A model generated the notes under the pieces. It was not told the DNA's origin. It searched no databases and saw only the letters and a list, made by a program, of their open reading frames with translations. 64,000 nt of DNA from an uncultured Acidobacteriota bacterium (GTDB lineage Bacteria; Acidobacteriota; Thermoanaerobaculia; Multivoradales; JAHEKO01): contig CAVQNG010000003.1 of NCBI GenBank assembly GCA_963713825.1, positions 1,120,001 through 1,184,000 on the forward strand. The letters run 5' to 3'. The translations under genes were made by a program, and so were the position numbers. Of this stretch, positions 33,096 to 42,277 are shown in pieces; position 1 is the first letter of the stretch, and each line of letters starts with the position of its first letter.

Positions 33096-33208
33096 ACCTT
33101 AAACGTCGCAATGCCCTCCCGCGTTCTTGCAGAATCGGATGGCACTTCTCCATCCCTTGAGAGGTGCTCCAGACCCAGTTAGGTGGGTGGCACCGATGTC
33201 CTTCGCCT

Positions 33209-34117
33209 TCAAACCGTAAGGTGGGTGGCGAAGAACTCGATGGTCCGACTCCATGCGAGCTCCGCTGCGGCCTCGTTGTAGCGGCCCGTCGAATCGTTGT
33301 GGAACCCGTGGTTGACGCCGGGATACATGTGCATGGTGTAGGGGCTCTTGGTGGCCTTCAGATCGAGCTCATACTCGGGCCAGGTTGCGTTGACCCGTTC
33401 GTCCAGCTCCGCGAGATGAATCAGCAGGGGCGCCTTGATGTTCGGTCGGATCTCCTCGGCGGGGGGTGTGCCATAGAAGGGCACACCGGCGTTCACCAGG
33501 TCGGGCAGAGTGGCCGCCAACATGTTGGTGATATATCCGCCGAAACAGAAACCGACCACACCGAGACGGCCGTTGCAGAGGGGCTGGGCCCTGAGAAACC
33601 TGGCGGCGGCGATCATGTCCTGCTCGATCTTCATCCGATCCAGCGAGCGCTGCAGCTCCCGTCCTTCATCATCGTTTCCGGGGTAGCCGCCCACCGGGTG
33701 CAACGCATCGGGCGCAAACGCGACAAAGCCCGCTTTGGCAACCCTGCGCGCAACATCTTCGATATAGGGATTGAGGCCTCGATTCTCATGCACGACCAAT
33801 ACCGCTCCCGTCGACTCCGTCACCGCTGTCGGAACGACGAGATACCCTCGGCCCTCTCCGTGCCCATCGGGTGAAGGAAATGTCTCGTACTCAGCCCTGA
33901 TGTCGGGATCGTTGAACGAGACCTGCTCGGCCAAAGCGTAGTTCGGGATCAGCGCGGCGGCCAACCCGCTCACTGTGAATCCCAAGACGGTGAGGGTGGA
34001 CAGTCGGTCGAAGAACTCGCGCCTGGAAATCAGACCATGCGCGTACTCGTCGTACCAGTCAAACGCTTCCTGCGGGATCGGTTGTGTTGTCGGTTCGTTC
34101 TCGTTCGGCGCAGTCAC
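33209..34117 (-). CDS. Dienelactone hydrolase family protein (YghX-like)
   Basis: YDEYAHG..SRR, HENRGLNPYIEDVARR, GFCFGG, HGFHNDST. Confidence 0.92.
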   Translation of the reverse strand: MTAPNENEPTTQPIPQEAFDWYDEYAHGLISRREFFDRLSTLTVLGFTVSGLAAALIPNYALAEQVSFNDPDIRAEYETFPSPDGHGEGRGYLVVPTAVTESTGAVLVVHENRGLNPYIEDVARRVAKAGFVAFAPDALHPVGGYPGNDDEGRELQRSLDRMKIEQDMIAAARFLRAQPLCNGRLGVVGFCFGGYITNMLAATLPDLVNAGVPFYGTPPAEEIRPNIKAPLLIHLAELDERVNATWPEYELDLKATKSPYTMHMYPGVNHGFHNDSTGRYNEAAAELAWSRTIEFFATHLTV

Positions 34118-34487
34118 AGCAACCTCCTCGGTGATCGTTCGTGGTGAAGACAGTCTGACTTCAAAACACTATGCCAGGGTCCAGTGATTTCGAATGGTCG
34201 GACCCCGGGCGTCAGGTTCCGCTGAGAAGGGCGTTGAAGATGGCCACACCGTAGTGTGACCCGCCCAAGCGTCACATCCTAGCGCTCAGACTGGACTCGT
34301 TGCAGGGGGTCAGTTCGCTCGGTGCCGCCGTCGCGTACGACCGGTATGAGATCGTTCTCGCCCTCACGGACAACCTGATGTTGCGTTGGCTCCGATCTCT
34401 GAAGGAAGTGGTGGCAGAGTTGGAGCCGGAGGAGAAACAGCGCGACGTTGACGCTTAGCTCTGAGCGGAATCTCTCAACCCTTGCAG

Positions 34488-35234
34488 CTACCCTTCCAAC
34501 CACCTGACCTGCCCGGTTGAAAGATCGTAGACGCCGCCGACGACCAACAACTCGCCGTTGTCGACCATCCCCGAGATGATATCGCTCTGCGCGAGAATGT
34601 CAGCGATCGTCTGGCGAACGTTCTCCTCGATGGCAAGATCAATGAACTCCTGATTCGAAGAATTTGCCTCGCCCTCGGTAGCCTCGTCGGCGCGGGCGAT
34701 GGGCGCATCGAAGTCGTTCAGCAGCTCGGTCAGATTGCCCATCTCTACGCCGTCGGCAGCACCCTTGATGGCACCGCAGGAGGTGTGTCCGAGAATGACG
34801 ACGACCTTGGACCCGGCTAGCTTGCTGGCAAATTCCAGGCTGCCGACAAGGTTGATGTCTTCGACGTTGCCGGCCACTCGGCCGACGAATACGTCGCCAA
34901 TGCCCTGGTCGAAGACGATCTCCGGCGGCACTCGCGAGTCAACGCAACCGAGGATGACTGCCTTGGGGTACTGACCACCGGCAGCCGTGGCCTCGGCCTG
35001 CGCGATGTAGTCGCGCGGCGTTAGTTTGCCTTCTACGAACCGCCGGTTGCCGGCCTTGAGGTCTGCCAGCACCTGCTCGGGGGTCAATGCCTGCTGGGCG
35101 GCGCTGTCGAGTACGCTGCTCACCAGCTCGGGCGCGGAGGAGGTGGTCTGAGCGGGCGGCTCCGATGAAGGAGCACAGCCGATGGCAAGCATGGCAATTG
35201 AAAGAACCATTACGTGCGTTGTGGAAGGTCGCAT
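34488..35234 (-). CDS. Beta-class carbonic anhydrase, lipoprotein
   Basis: GCVDSRV, RVAGN, GHTSCGA zinc ligands; IGC lipobox. Confidence 0.93.
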   Translation of the reverse strand: MRPSTTHVMVLSIAMLAIGCAPSSEPPAQTTSSAPELVSSVLDSAAQQALTPEQVLADLKAGNRRFVEGKLTPRDYIAQAEATAAGGQYPKAVILGCVDSRVPPEIVFDQGIGDVFVGRVAGNVEDINLVGSLEFASKLAGSKVVVILGHTSCGAIKGAADGVEMGNLTELLNDFDAPIARADEATEGEANSSNQEFIDLAIEENVRQTIADILAQSDIISGMVDNGELLVVGGVYDLSTGQVRWLEG

Positions 35235-35740
35235 GTCAGCTCCATTTCAAGGTTGGATGTTGAATGTTCTACCAGAGGCACAATCCACGAGCCCTATTGG
35301 CCGGGCGGGATGCACGGGAAGATGAGAAGGAGACTCCATTGCCAGCTGCGACATCAACCTTGTCGATCCGAGTGCCGGTGGCGTAGATCTCTGGGTGAAA
35401 GCGTTCAAAACGTCCACTCCGATGAAGGATAGACGCGATTGACCATCTTGTCAAGAAGGTCGGCGATTGTCGGTCAATTCGATCCGCCGATAGACGATTC
35501 TGGTGCCGTCGGGAGACCAATCGGGCGAAGGACGAATCGCGGTCTCCGAGACTCAGCCAACGGCTGTTCTCAGAGACTCGAAAGCGGTCAATTCGACGAT
35601 GAGCGGGTTTGAAAGCGGCAGCCTGAGGGCTACCAGCCGGTACCCTCGATTCGGCCCGGCCAGCGTACCGGCTTTCGTCGTCCACAACCTTGTCGAAGGC
35701 CTCGACAAGGCACGGATTCAAGGGGGGTACAATAGTCGCG

Positions 35741-35974
35741 ATGAAGAACGATGCAGGGCCAAAGGCTGTCAGCACCGCCCGTGAGACCGGCTCAGGTCTC
35801 GGAAACCCTCCAGCCCCCGGGATCGAACCGGATCTGGATGGAGCCTTTGCCGATGATGGTGTCGACCTGTCTTTGATCCGTTGGATGCTCCGACTGAGCC
35901 CCACCGAACGGCTTCAGGCTGCTCAAGACCTGATCGATGCAGCCTGGGCACTCCGGACAGATAGTGAAGCCTGA
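35741..35974 (+). CDS. Small protein paired with a nucleotidyltransferase (antitoxin-like)
   Basis: DGVDLSLIRWML.LSP.ERL motif; overlaps the next gene; TACAAT lies 7 nt upstream. Confidence 0.6.
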   Translation: MKNDAGPKAVSTARETGSGLGNPPAPGIEPDLDGAFADDGVDLSLIRWMLRLSPTERLQAAQDLIDAAWALRTDSEA

Positions 35975-36440
35975 TTATCTGGAGCTGTTTCGAGCCCTTG
36001 GACGAGCAGGGGTGGATTACATCGTGGTCGGTGGCGTCGCCGCCATTCTGGAAGGGGCCCCTATCACCACCCTCGATCTGGACATCGTGTGTCGGCGAGA
36101 CGACGACAATCTGGGCCGCCTGACGGAGCTTCTGGATGATCTGGAAGCACGCTACCGTGACCCTGCAGGCAGAGTCATTCGCCCCACACCGGACCGGCTC
36201 GCAAGCAATAAGATCAACCTTCTCGAGACAAGCCTCGGCCCCTTGGACGTGATGCAGAGCGTCGGCCCCGACTGGGACTGGGCCGATCTGGTGAGCAGGT
36301 CTCGTATTCTCGAGGTGGGTGGCCTCGATCTGCGCGTCCTGAAGCTGGCTTCGGTCATCGAATCGAAGGAGCTGGCAGATCGGGAGAAGGACCGAGCGAT
36401 GCTGCCAGTATTGCGGCGCACTCTCGAAGAGAAGGGGTAG
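35964..36440 (+). CDS. Nucleotidyltransferase-family protein
   Basis: [10 protein letters not shown]...TT.DLD; C-terminal K....REKD. Confidence 0.8.
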   Translation: MKPDYLELFRALGRAGVDYIVVGGVAAILEGAPITTLDLDIVCRRDDDNLGRLTELLDDLEARYRDPAGRVIRPTPDRLASNKINLLETSLGPLDVMQSVGPDWDWADLVSRSRILEVGGLDLRVLKLASVIESKELADREKDRAMLPVLRRTLEEKG

Positions 36441-36456
36441 GGAGCGATCCAACAGA

Positions 36457-36502
36457 GCCTCTCACGCCGGTAACGCGTGTGCGAATCCCGTACGCGCTAC
36501 CA
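36457..36502 (+). repeat. 46-bp duplication of the tRNA-Glu 3' half (attR-like)
   Basis: 43 of 46 positions identical to 25296-25341. Confidence 0.9.
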
Positions 36503-36691
36503 GCTCACCGCCAGCCCAGCCACACGCTCCGCCACAGCTTTGCCACGCACCTTCTCGAGGATGGATGCGACATTCGTACCGTTCAGGAACTCCTAGGCCA
36601 CAAGAGCGTCCGCCTCACGATGATCTACACCCACGTATTGAATCGAGGTGGGCGGGGCGTCCGCAGCCCTGCTGATCGGCTTCTGGGCTGA
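36503..36691 (+). pseudogene. intI: Integron integrase C-terminal fragment
   Basis: [46 protein letters not shown], the characteristic IntI tail. Confidence 0.85.
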
Positions 36692-37332
36692 ACATGTGCT
36701 CATCCTGCTCGCTGCCGTTGAGAAGCGCAGCCTATGTCTGGAACGACAAAGTATGGGTCTGCTTGATCGCTGGTGAGTACGGCGCTAATGGCTTGGCAGA
36801 GCCCGTTGGCTCTTGACGATGGTGCCGGAACCCGAGCGGCTCACTGGGTGGTAGGCTCGGAATCCGCGATTACAGGGAGTTTCAGGACTAAACAGAGTGT
36901 CTGGCAAGCGAATGTCGCACCTATCGCACGCGACGATTCCGGAGGTCGGACCAGCCCGGCGGGAGCGATTCTATAGCCCTCTCGTGCATAATGGACTGCG
37001 TTCAGTGCAGCGTAGCAACGGCTTGTCAGCCTTGGACAATGTCTCCACGGGGCCAGCCAGTGGGAGGACAGGTGATTTCGGCCGAAGGGTGGGTCACCTC
37101 ACGCTAGGCTGCGCACGAACGGAGGCTGCCGATCGACTAGGCTGCCCAGGAGCGCAGCCCAGCCTTCCTGTTGTTCGGCTAACCGAAACCGTCCAGGTGA
37201 GAGTTCCCGCCAATAGCAGACCGCCGCTAGGGTGTCGCTGGGACCCGTTGCCTATGCTGTTCTTGTCTGCAAGGTCCCCGAACTATTTCAGCAGTCCAAT
37301 CTAGGTTAACTTTCAAAACTCATGGAGTAACG

Positions 37333-37827
37333 ATGAATACCTACCCGAGGACGTTCTCACATATTGGGATTTCCGTTCCTGATGTTGAAAAAGCAGTTGA
37401 GTTCTACAGCAAGGTGATGGGCTGGTACCAGATAATGGAACCCACTGTCATTGCCGAAGAATCAGATACCCCGATAGGCCAAATGTGTATTGATGTTTTT
37501 GGCAATGGCTGGGGCTCTTTCAAAATAGCGCATATGTCCACCGGTGACAAAATCGGCGTTGAGATGTTCGAGTTCAAAAACAATGAAAGCCCAAGAGACT
37601 TTGAGTATTGGAAAACCAGCACCTTTCATTTCTGTGTTCAGGATCCAGATGTAGAGGGCCTTGTTGCAAGAATTGTGGCGCATGGCGGAAAACAAAGAAT
37701 GCCTATACGCGAGTACTATCCTGGAGAAAAACCCTACAGGATGGTTTATGTAGAAGATCCATTCGGCCTAATATTCGAGGTTTACTCTCACAGCTATGAG
37801 CTTACTTATTCGCAAGGGGCATATTGA
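37333..37827 (+). CDS. Lactoylglutathione lyase/VOC family protein carried as an integron cassette
   Basis: FSHIGISVPD, GVEMFEF, HFCVQDPD, EDPFG..FE; markedly AT-richer than the flanks; cassette begins at GTTAACT (37305). Confidence 0.9.
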   Translation: MNTYPRTFSHIGISVPDVEKAVEFYSKVMGWYQIMEPTVIAEESDTPIGQMCIDVFGNGWGSFKIAHMSTGDKIGVEMFEFKNNESPRDFEYWKTSTFHFCVQDPDVEGLVARIVAHGGKQRMPIREYYPGEKPYRMVYVEDPFGLIFEVYSHSYELTYSQGAY

Positions 37828-37828
37828 A

Positions 37829-37900
37829 AGTTAACAAGGCGCTGCTGCCGTCCACGGTTTCCGCTGCGCTCCAAACATGCCGCAGAGCGCGGCGTTAGAC
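37829..37900 (+). other. attC site
   Basis: R'' AGTTAAC (reverse complement of the cassette start GTTAACT) to R' GTTAGAC, with inner inverted repeat GCGCTGCTGC/GCAGAGCGC. Confidence 0.85.
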
Positions 37901-37918
37901 ACAACCGTGGGGGTACCG

Positions 37919-38428
37919 TTGGCTCGAATCAAGATACATCTCGAGACCGCGAGTGAGATCGACGGTATCCGCGAGATCAACGTCGAAGCGTTCCGTGACC
38001 ATCCGGTCAGTCGGCAGACCGAGCACTTGATCGTCGATGCATTGCGCGACAACGGCGCACTCGAAGTGTCGCTTGTGGCCGTCACCGAGGGTCGGACTGT
38101 CGGACACATTGCCTTCTCGAAGGCCGTCGTCGGCGACTCGGAATCCGATTGGTACTTGCTCGGCCCTGTCGCCGTTCAGCCCGGCGTGCAGGGTCAGGGG
38201 ATCGGTTCTGCGCTTGTGAACTTCGGGCTGGAGGAGTTGCGGACCCGACACGCGAGCGGTTGTGTCCTGGTGGGGGACCCAGGCTACTACTCTCGTTTCG
38301 GCTTCAGCACCTTCCCTGATCTGTCCTACGCAGGCGTGCCACACGAGTACGTTCTCGGGCTTCCGTTCACGGCAGCCAGCCCGTGCGGGTCGATTGTCGC
38401 GAACAAGGCCTTCGAGATCGAGCCGTAG
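37919..38428 (+). CDS. GNAT N-acetyltransferase (YhbS-like), probable second cassette
   Basis: E..IVDALR, LGPVAV.P..QGQGIGSAL, VLVGDPGYY.RFGF; directly follows GTTAGAC. Confidence 0.88.
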   Translation: MARIKIHLETASEIDGIREINVEAFRDHPVSRQTEHLIVDALRDNGALEVSLVAVTEGRTVGHIAFSKAVVGDSESDWYLLGPVAVQPGVQGQGIGSALVNFGLEELRTRHASGCVLVGDPGYYSRFGFSTFPDLSYAGVPHEYVLGLPFTAASPCGSIVANKAFEIEP

Positions 38429-38483
38429 CCGGTGTAGCCTTAGCATAGGCAGGTAGGACGCCCTACCAAAGGAGGGAAAAGAC

Positions 38484-38936
38484 GTGTTCCACTTCGGCTA
38501 TGGATCGAATCTGAGTCTCGATTTCGTCAGAGACAACCTGATTGCGAACGCGAAGTTTGTAATGAAGGGGTACTTGCCCAACTTCGAAGTACAGTTCCCG
38601 TTCTGGTCGGAAGAACGCCAGGGTGGCTACAGCGGCATCATGGAGGCCCCCGGCGAGCTCGTTCACGGCGCACTCTACGAAGTGACGGAGCAGGAGCTCA
38701 TAGCGCTCGACAACCTGGAAGGTGTCTACAAGGACTTGTATCGACGGGAGACGTTTCTGGTGTTGGGCGAAGACGGCAAATTCCATCCGGCAGATCTATA
38801 CCGGGTGATCGATCCTCGAGGCCCCTTCCCACCTTCAAAGAGCTATGTCGAAATCATGCTCACCGGAGCGCGGGAGCTCGAGCTGGATCCTGAGTACATA
38901 GAGAAGATCGAGGGGTTCCACCGTCAAGGGCAATAG
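38484..38936 (+). CDS. Gamma-glutamylcyclotransferase family protein
   Basis: FGYGSNL, VHGALY, LD..EG catalytic Glu, PS..Y...M..GA. Confidence 0.85.
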   Translation: MFHFGYGSNLSLDFVRDNLIANAKFVMKGYLPNFEVQFPFWSEERQGGYSGIMEAPGELVHGALYEVTEQELIALDNLEGVYKDLYRRETFLVLGEDGKFHPADLYRVIDPRGPFPPSKSYVEIMLTGARELELDPEYIEKIEGFHRQGQ

Positions 38937-38985
38937 TGCCTGGCACTTGAGAGGCGAAAACCGGCGCACGGAGAACAGGAGTGCC

Positions 38986-40758
38986 ATGGCAGGTCTGGAT
39001 CGTTCGACGATACTCCCCGAGCCTGAGCTCCCGGACGCATCCGAGTTGCTCGCAGAGGGACGGCGCCTCGCCCAGAACTTTGCGGTGGGCCGATGCCCGT
39101 TCCTGACGACCTACGAAGTCTCCTCCGAAAGCGAGTACAAGCGGCGCCGAATGGCCGAGAGAGCGCTCATGTTCCACGCTCAGTTCGGCTTCCGCAGCTT
39201 CGAGAAGAGCCGCCGAGCCTATGCGGAGATCTCGGAGAGTGTGGCCGCGGCTGGATACCGGGTCGACCGCTACGGCATCTGCCTGGATTGGAGCATGGGA
39301 TACCCCGCTGCGCAGCGGACCGGCATGCCCCATGGCACGGGACTGATCCTGGACTCCCCCGAGGCCTTCGCGGCCTTGACCCAGGGGGCGCCAGTGGCGC
39401 CCCATTTCGGTGACTTCGTCATCGGCATGCCCGCAGCGGTGGAGAACACTGCCGCGGCCCTCGCCGCCGGGTCCACCGCCATCGGCAACCTGGGCCAGTA
39501 CTTCACCTTCAGGCTGCCCCGCTGGGACGACGACGTCGGCACGACCGCGGAGACCGTCAAGGCGCTGGCGATTTGCGCCGCACAGCCCGAGGAGGTCCTC
39601 ATCCACTCCAACCTGGACGATGGCTTCGCGGCCATGTTCACCGATCTGGCGTGCGGCATCGGCGCGGTGCTCATCGAGCGTACGATCGTGGAGGAGCTCG
39701 TGGGCGGGTGCGTCTCGCACTGCTACGGTCACACGTTCTCGGATTCCCTGTCCCGATTGGCATTCCAGAGGGCTCTGGCCCGCGTCACCGATACGCCGGG
39801 CAGCATGGTCTACGGCAACACGACCATCTTCGTAGCCGACCAGGTGGAGAACTACGCCAACCTGGCCAGCTACCTCCTGGTGGACCTCGTCGCCCAACGC
39901 ATGGAGCCGAGCGGCCACGGCCTCAACCCGGTACCGGTGACCGAGGCGCTTCGCATCCCCGAGATCGACGAGATCGTCGACGCCCACCTGTTCGCCAATC
40001 GACTGGCGCTTCGGTCCGAGGGCTTCGAGGAACTCTTTGATCTGGAGCGTGCCGACGAGATGGCAGATCGCTTGGTAGAGGGGGGGCGCCGCTTCGAGAA
40101 ACAGGTCATGGAAGGGCTCGCCGAAGCGGGTGTCGACACTGGGGATCCTTTCGAGCTCCTGCTTTCACTCCGGCGCATCGGCGCCAAGTGTCTCGAGGAG
40201 CTCTGGGGTCCGGGTGTGCCGCAAGAGGGCGTGCCCCGCGGGCGCTTACCCGTGGTGAGGGCTACCACAGTGGCGGCGCTGGAGGCCCAGGGCGAGGGTG
40301 TTGTGACGGCCCTCGATCCCGCGCAGCGAGAGGTGATTGGGTGCGCTCGCCTCACCGCGTGTGTCGCCTCCACAGACGTGCACGAGTACGGGAAGCTCCT
40401 TGTGGAAGCGGTGCTCGCGCACTTGGGCGTGACAGTGGTGGATGCCGGAGTCAGCGCTGATCCCGAGGTGGTCGCGGAGCGAACCAGTAGCGCGGATGCC
40501 AGCTTCGTTGCCGTCAGCACTTACTCCGGGATCGCGCTGAGGTACATCACAGAGCTACGTGAGGCGATGGATCGCCTCGGGTGTAACGTGCCCATCTTCG
40601 TGGGCGGCAAGCTCAACGAGGTGCCGTACGGGAGCCCGTCGAGCATGCCCGAAGACGTGACGCAGCAGCTCGACGAGCTGGGGATCGTCGTGTGTCTGCG
40701 CGTCGAGGACATGCTGGTCAGACTCGTCGAGATGGCGAAGGAGGCGACCTGTGATTGA
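38986..40758 (+). CDS. Adenosylcobalamin-dependent mutase resembling 2-methyleneglutarate mutase (barrel fused to a B12-binding domain)
   Basis: C-terminal DVHEYG (DxHxxG), VST.SG and VGG B12 motifs. N-terminal motifs HSNLDDGF, PVTEALRIP and GGRRF...GVD..DP...LRRIGA..LEE..G resemble Eubacterium barkeri Mgm, as recalled. Confidence 0.8.
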   Translation: MAGLDRSTILPEPELPDASELLAEGRRLAQNFAVGRCPFLTTYEVSSESEYKRRRMAERALMFHAQFGFRSFEKSRRAYAEISESVAAAGYRVDRYGICLDWSMGYPAAQRTGMPHGTGLILDSPEAFAALTQGAPVAPHFGDFVIGMPAAVENTAAALAAGSTAIGNLGQYFTFRLPRWDDDVGTTAETVKALAICAAQPEEVLIHSNLDDGFAAMFTDLACGIGAVLIERTIVEELVGGCVSHCYGHTFSDSLSRLAFQRALARVTDTPGSMVYGNTTIFVADQVENYANLASYLLVDLVAQRMEPSGHGLNPVPVTEALRIPEIDEIVDAHLFANRLALRSEGFEELFDLERADEMADRLVEGGRRFEKQVMEGLAEAGVDTGDPFELLLSLRRIGAKCLEELWGPGVPQEGVPRGRLPVVRATTVAALEAQGEGVVTALDPAQREVIGCARLTACVASTDVHEYGKLLVEAVLAHLGVTVVDAGVSADPEVVAERTSSADASFVAVSTYSGIALRYITELREAMDRLGCNVPIFVGGKLNEVPYGSPSSMPEDVTQQLDELGIVVCLRVEDMLVRLVEMAKEATCD

Positions 40759-41533
40759 GCGAGTGGGCGTCCTCGGTGTCGGCCATCTGGCCGGATACTT
40801 GGTGGAAGGCCTGGCGCGGGCGCGGCCGGAGCTGCAGGTCGTCCTATCTCCGAGGAACGTCGAACGCGCGGCGCAGCTCGCCGCCCAGTACGGGGCGAGC
40901 GTCGCCGCGGACAATCAGGCCGTGTGCGAAGCGGCCGACGTTGTGCTCGTGACGACGCGTCCAGGAGATGTCGCGGGGGCATGTAGGGCGCTCACCTTCC
41001 GAGCCAGCCAGACCGTGATCTCGACCGCGGCCGGCGTGCCACTCTGCGCGGTGGCATCGGTTGTCGCACCCGCAACCGCAGTGCGGGCCATGCCCCTCAC
41101 CTGCTCGGCCATTGGCCAGAGTCCAACCCTGCTGCTGCCAGATGACCCGGTGGCTCGCGAGCTCTTCGAGCTCTTGGGTACCGTACTTTCTTTGGACGAC
41201 GAAGCGCAGTTCACGCCTGCCAGTGCCATCGGGGCCTACTACGGATGGATCTACGCTCTCATGGATGAAGCCGTCGCGTGGTGTGTCAGTGCCGGTGTGC
41301 CGTCATCCACGGCCCGCGACCTGGTTCTGAAGACCACACGTGGAGCGGCGGAAATGGGGCTTCATCATCCGGACCGGGAGCTCTCCGAGATGCTGGATTC
41401 TCTGGCAACGCCCGGCGGAATCACACGCCAGGGCCTGGAGACTCTCAGACGGAGAGGCAGCCTGGATGCCTGGATCGAAGCGTTGGAAGATGTACTCCAA
41501 CGGCTACGCGGTGAAGCCCAGGGAAAGGAGTGA
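40751..41533 (+). CDS. Pyrroline-5-carboxylate reductase-like NAD(P)H oxidoreductase
   Basis: GVLGVGHLA Rossmann motif, VRAMP, ATPGGIT (ProC has SPGGTT); overlaps the mutase stop. Confidence 0.8.
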   Translation: MIERVGVLGVGHLAGYLVEGLARARPELQVVLSPRNVERAAQLAAQYGASVAADNQAVCEAADVVLVTTRPGDVAGACRALTFRASQTVISTAAGVPLCAVASVVAPATAVRAMPLTCSAIGQSPTLLLPDDPVARELFELLGTVLSLDDEAQFTPASAIGAYYGWIYALMDEAVAWCVSAGVPSSTARDLVLKTTRGAAEMGLHHPDRELSEMLDSLATPGGITRQGLETLRRRGSLDAWIEALEDVLQRLRGEAQGKE

Positions 41534-42277
41534 GCTTCGGACTTTGTGGCGGACCCCGGAAATACGGTGAGAAATACGGTGACACGAAACTCATTTCCGG
41601 ACGACTGCCCACTTCCCCCCGCCTCCGTGTTGGAATCCCGTGCGGGCTATCATATAACTTCAATAGAATCAGGAACTTGCAGGGATCGAGACACCCCAAA
41701 ATGGGCGGGGGCCTCGCCGCATCCATATGGTGTCCACATCCCGTAGTTGAGAACGTCTGTTCCCGCGAGCCGGGAGCGGCGAGAATCTCGCAGATACCTT
41801 CCGCCCACACGAGGTCTACCGAGCCGGGGCGATAAGGTCACCCGCGATCCCGAAGAGCGGCGAGCCAAGATCAGCTAGACGGAACAAGCCTTAGGCCGGT
41901 TGTGGTCAGAGCGCGAGAACCTCGGTGCCATCCCGAGGGCAGTGAGACGAGTTGAGACCTTCTTGCCGGCTAGAATCTTTTACGGGTAGCCGAGAGGATC
42001 AGCTGAGGAGGTGCGAAGGGCAGTTCCTGGATTTCAGGAGTGGTTCCGGCCACTTTTGAACCCACTTCCCGATGGAGAGGTCGATCGACTTTCCGATGTC
42101 TCTGCGTCAATCACGGCGGAGCTGAGCGCCCCCCGTTACTTGCCCGATTGAGGACTCTAGGGATCTGGAGTACCAGGCTGCATCGGAAGTTCCACCTGGA
42201 GCGACTGGACGTGCTCGCTCAGGATCTCGCCCATTGACCATCGCACCCAGAAGTGGCCTGCCGTTGCCTTGGTGAGC

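Noticed and set aside
35345-35480. Tyrosine recombinase fragment (EIYATGTRI) on the minus strand
   Set aside because: Only a few residues resemble the LYATGxR motif; too weak to call.
36457-36502. Second tRNA-Glu gene
   Set aside because: Only the 3' half is present and the T-arm is mutated, so it is an att scar.
40751-41533. Calling this the housekeeping proC
   Set aside because: The motifs are divergent (TPGGIT) and the gene is in an accessory location, coupled to the mutase; symbol withheld.
41559-41680. GAAATACGGTGA direct repeat and an AT-rich segment as an element end or attC
   Set aside because: No partner end or R''/R' boxes could be identified; left uncalled.
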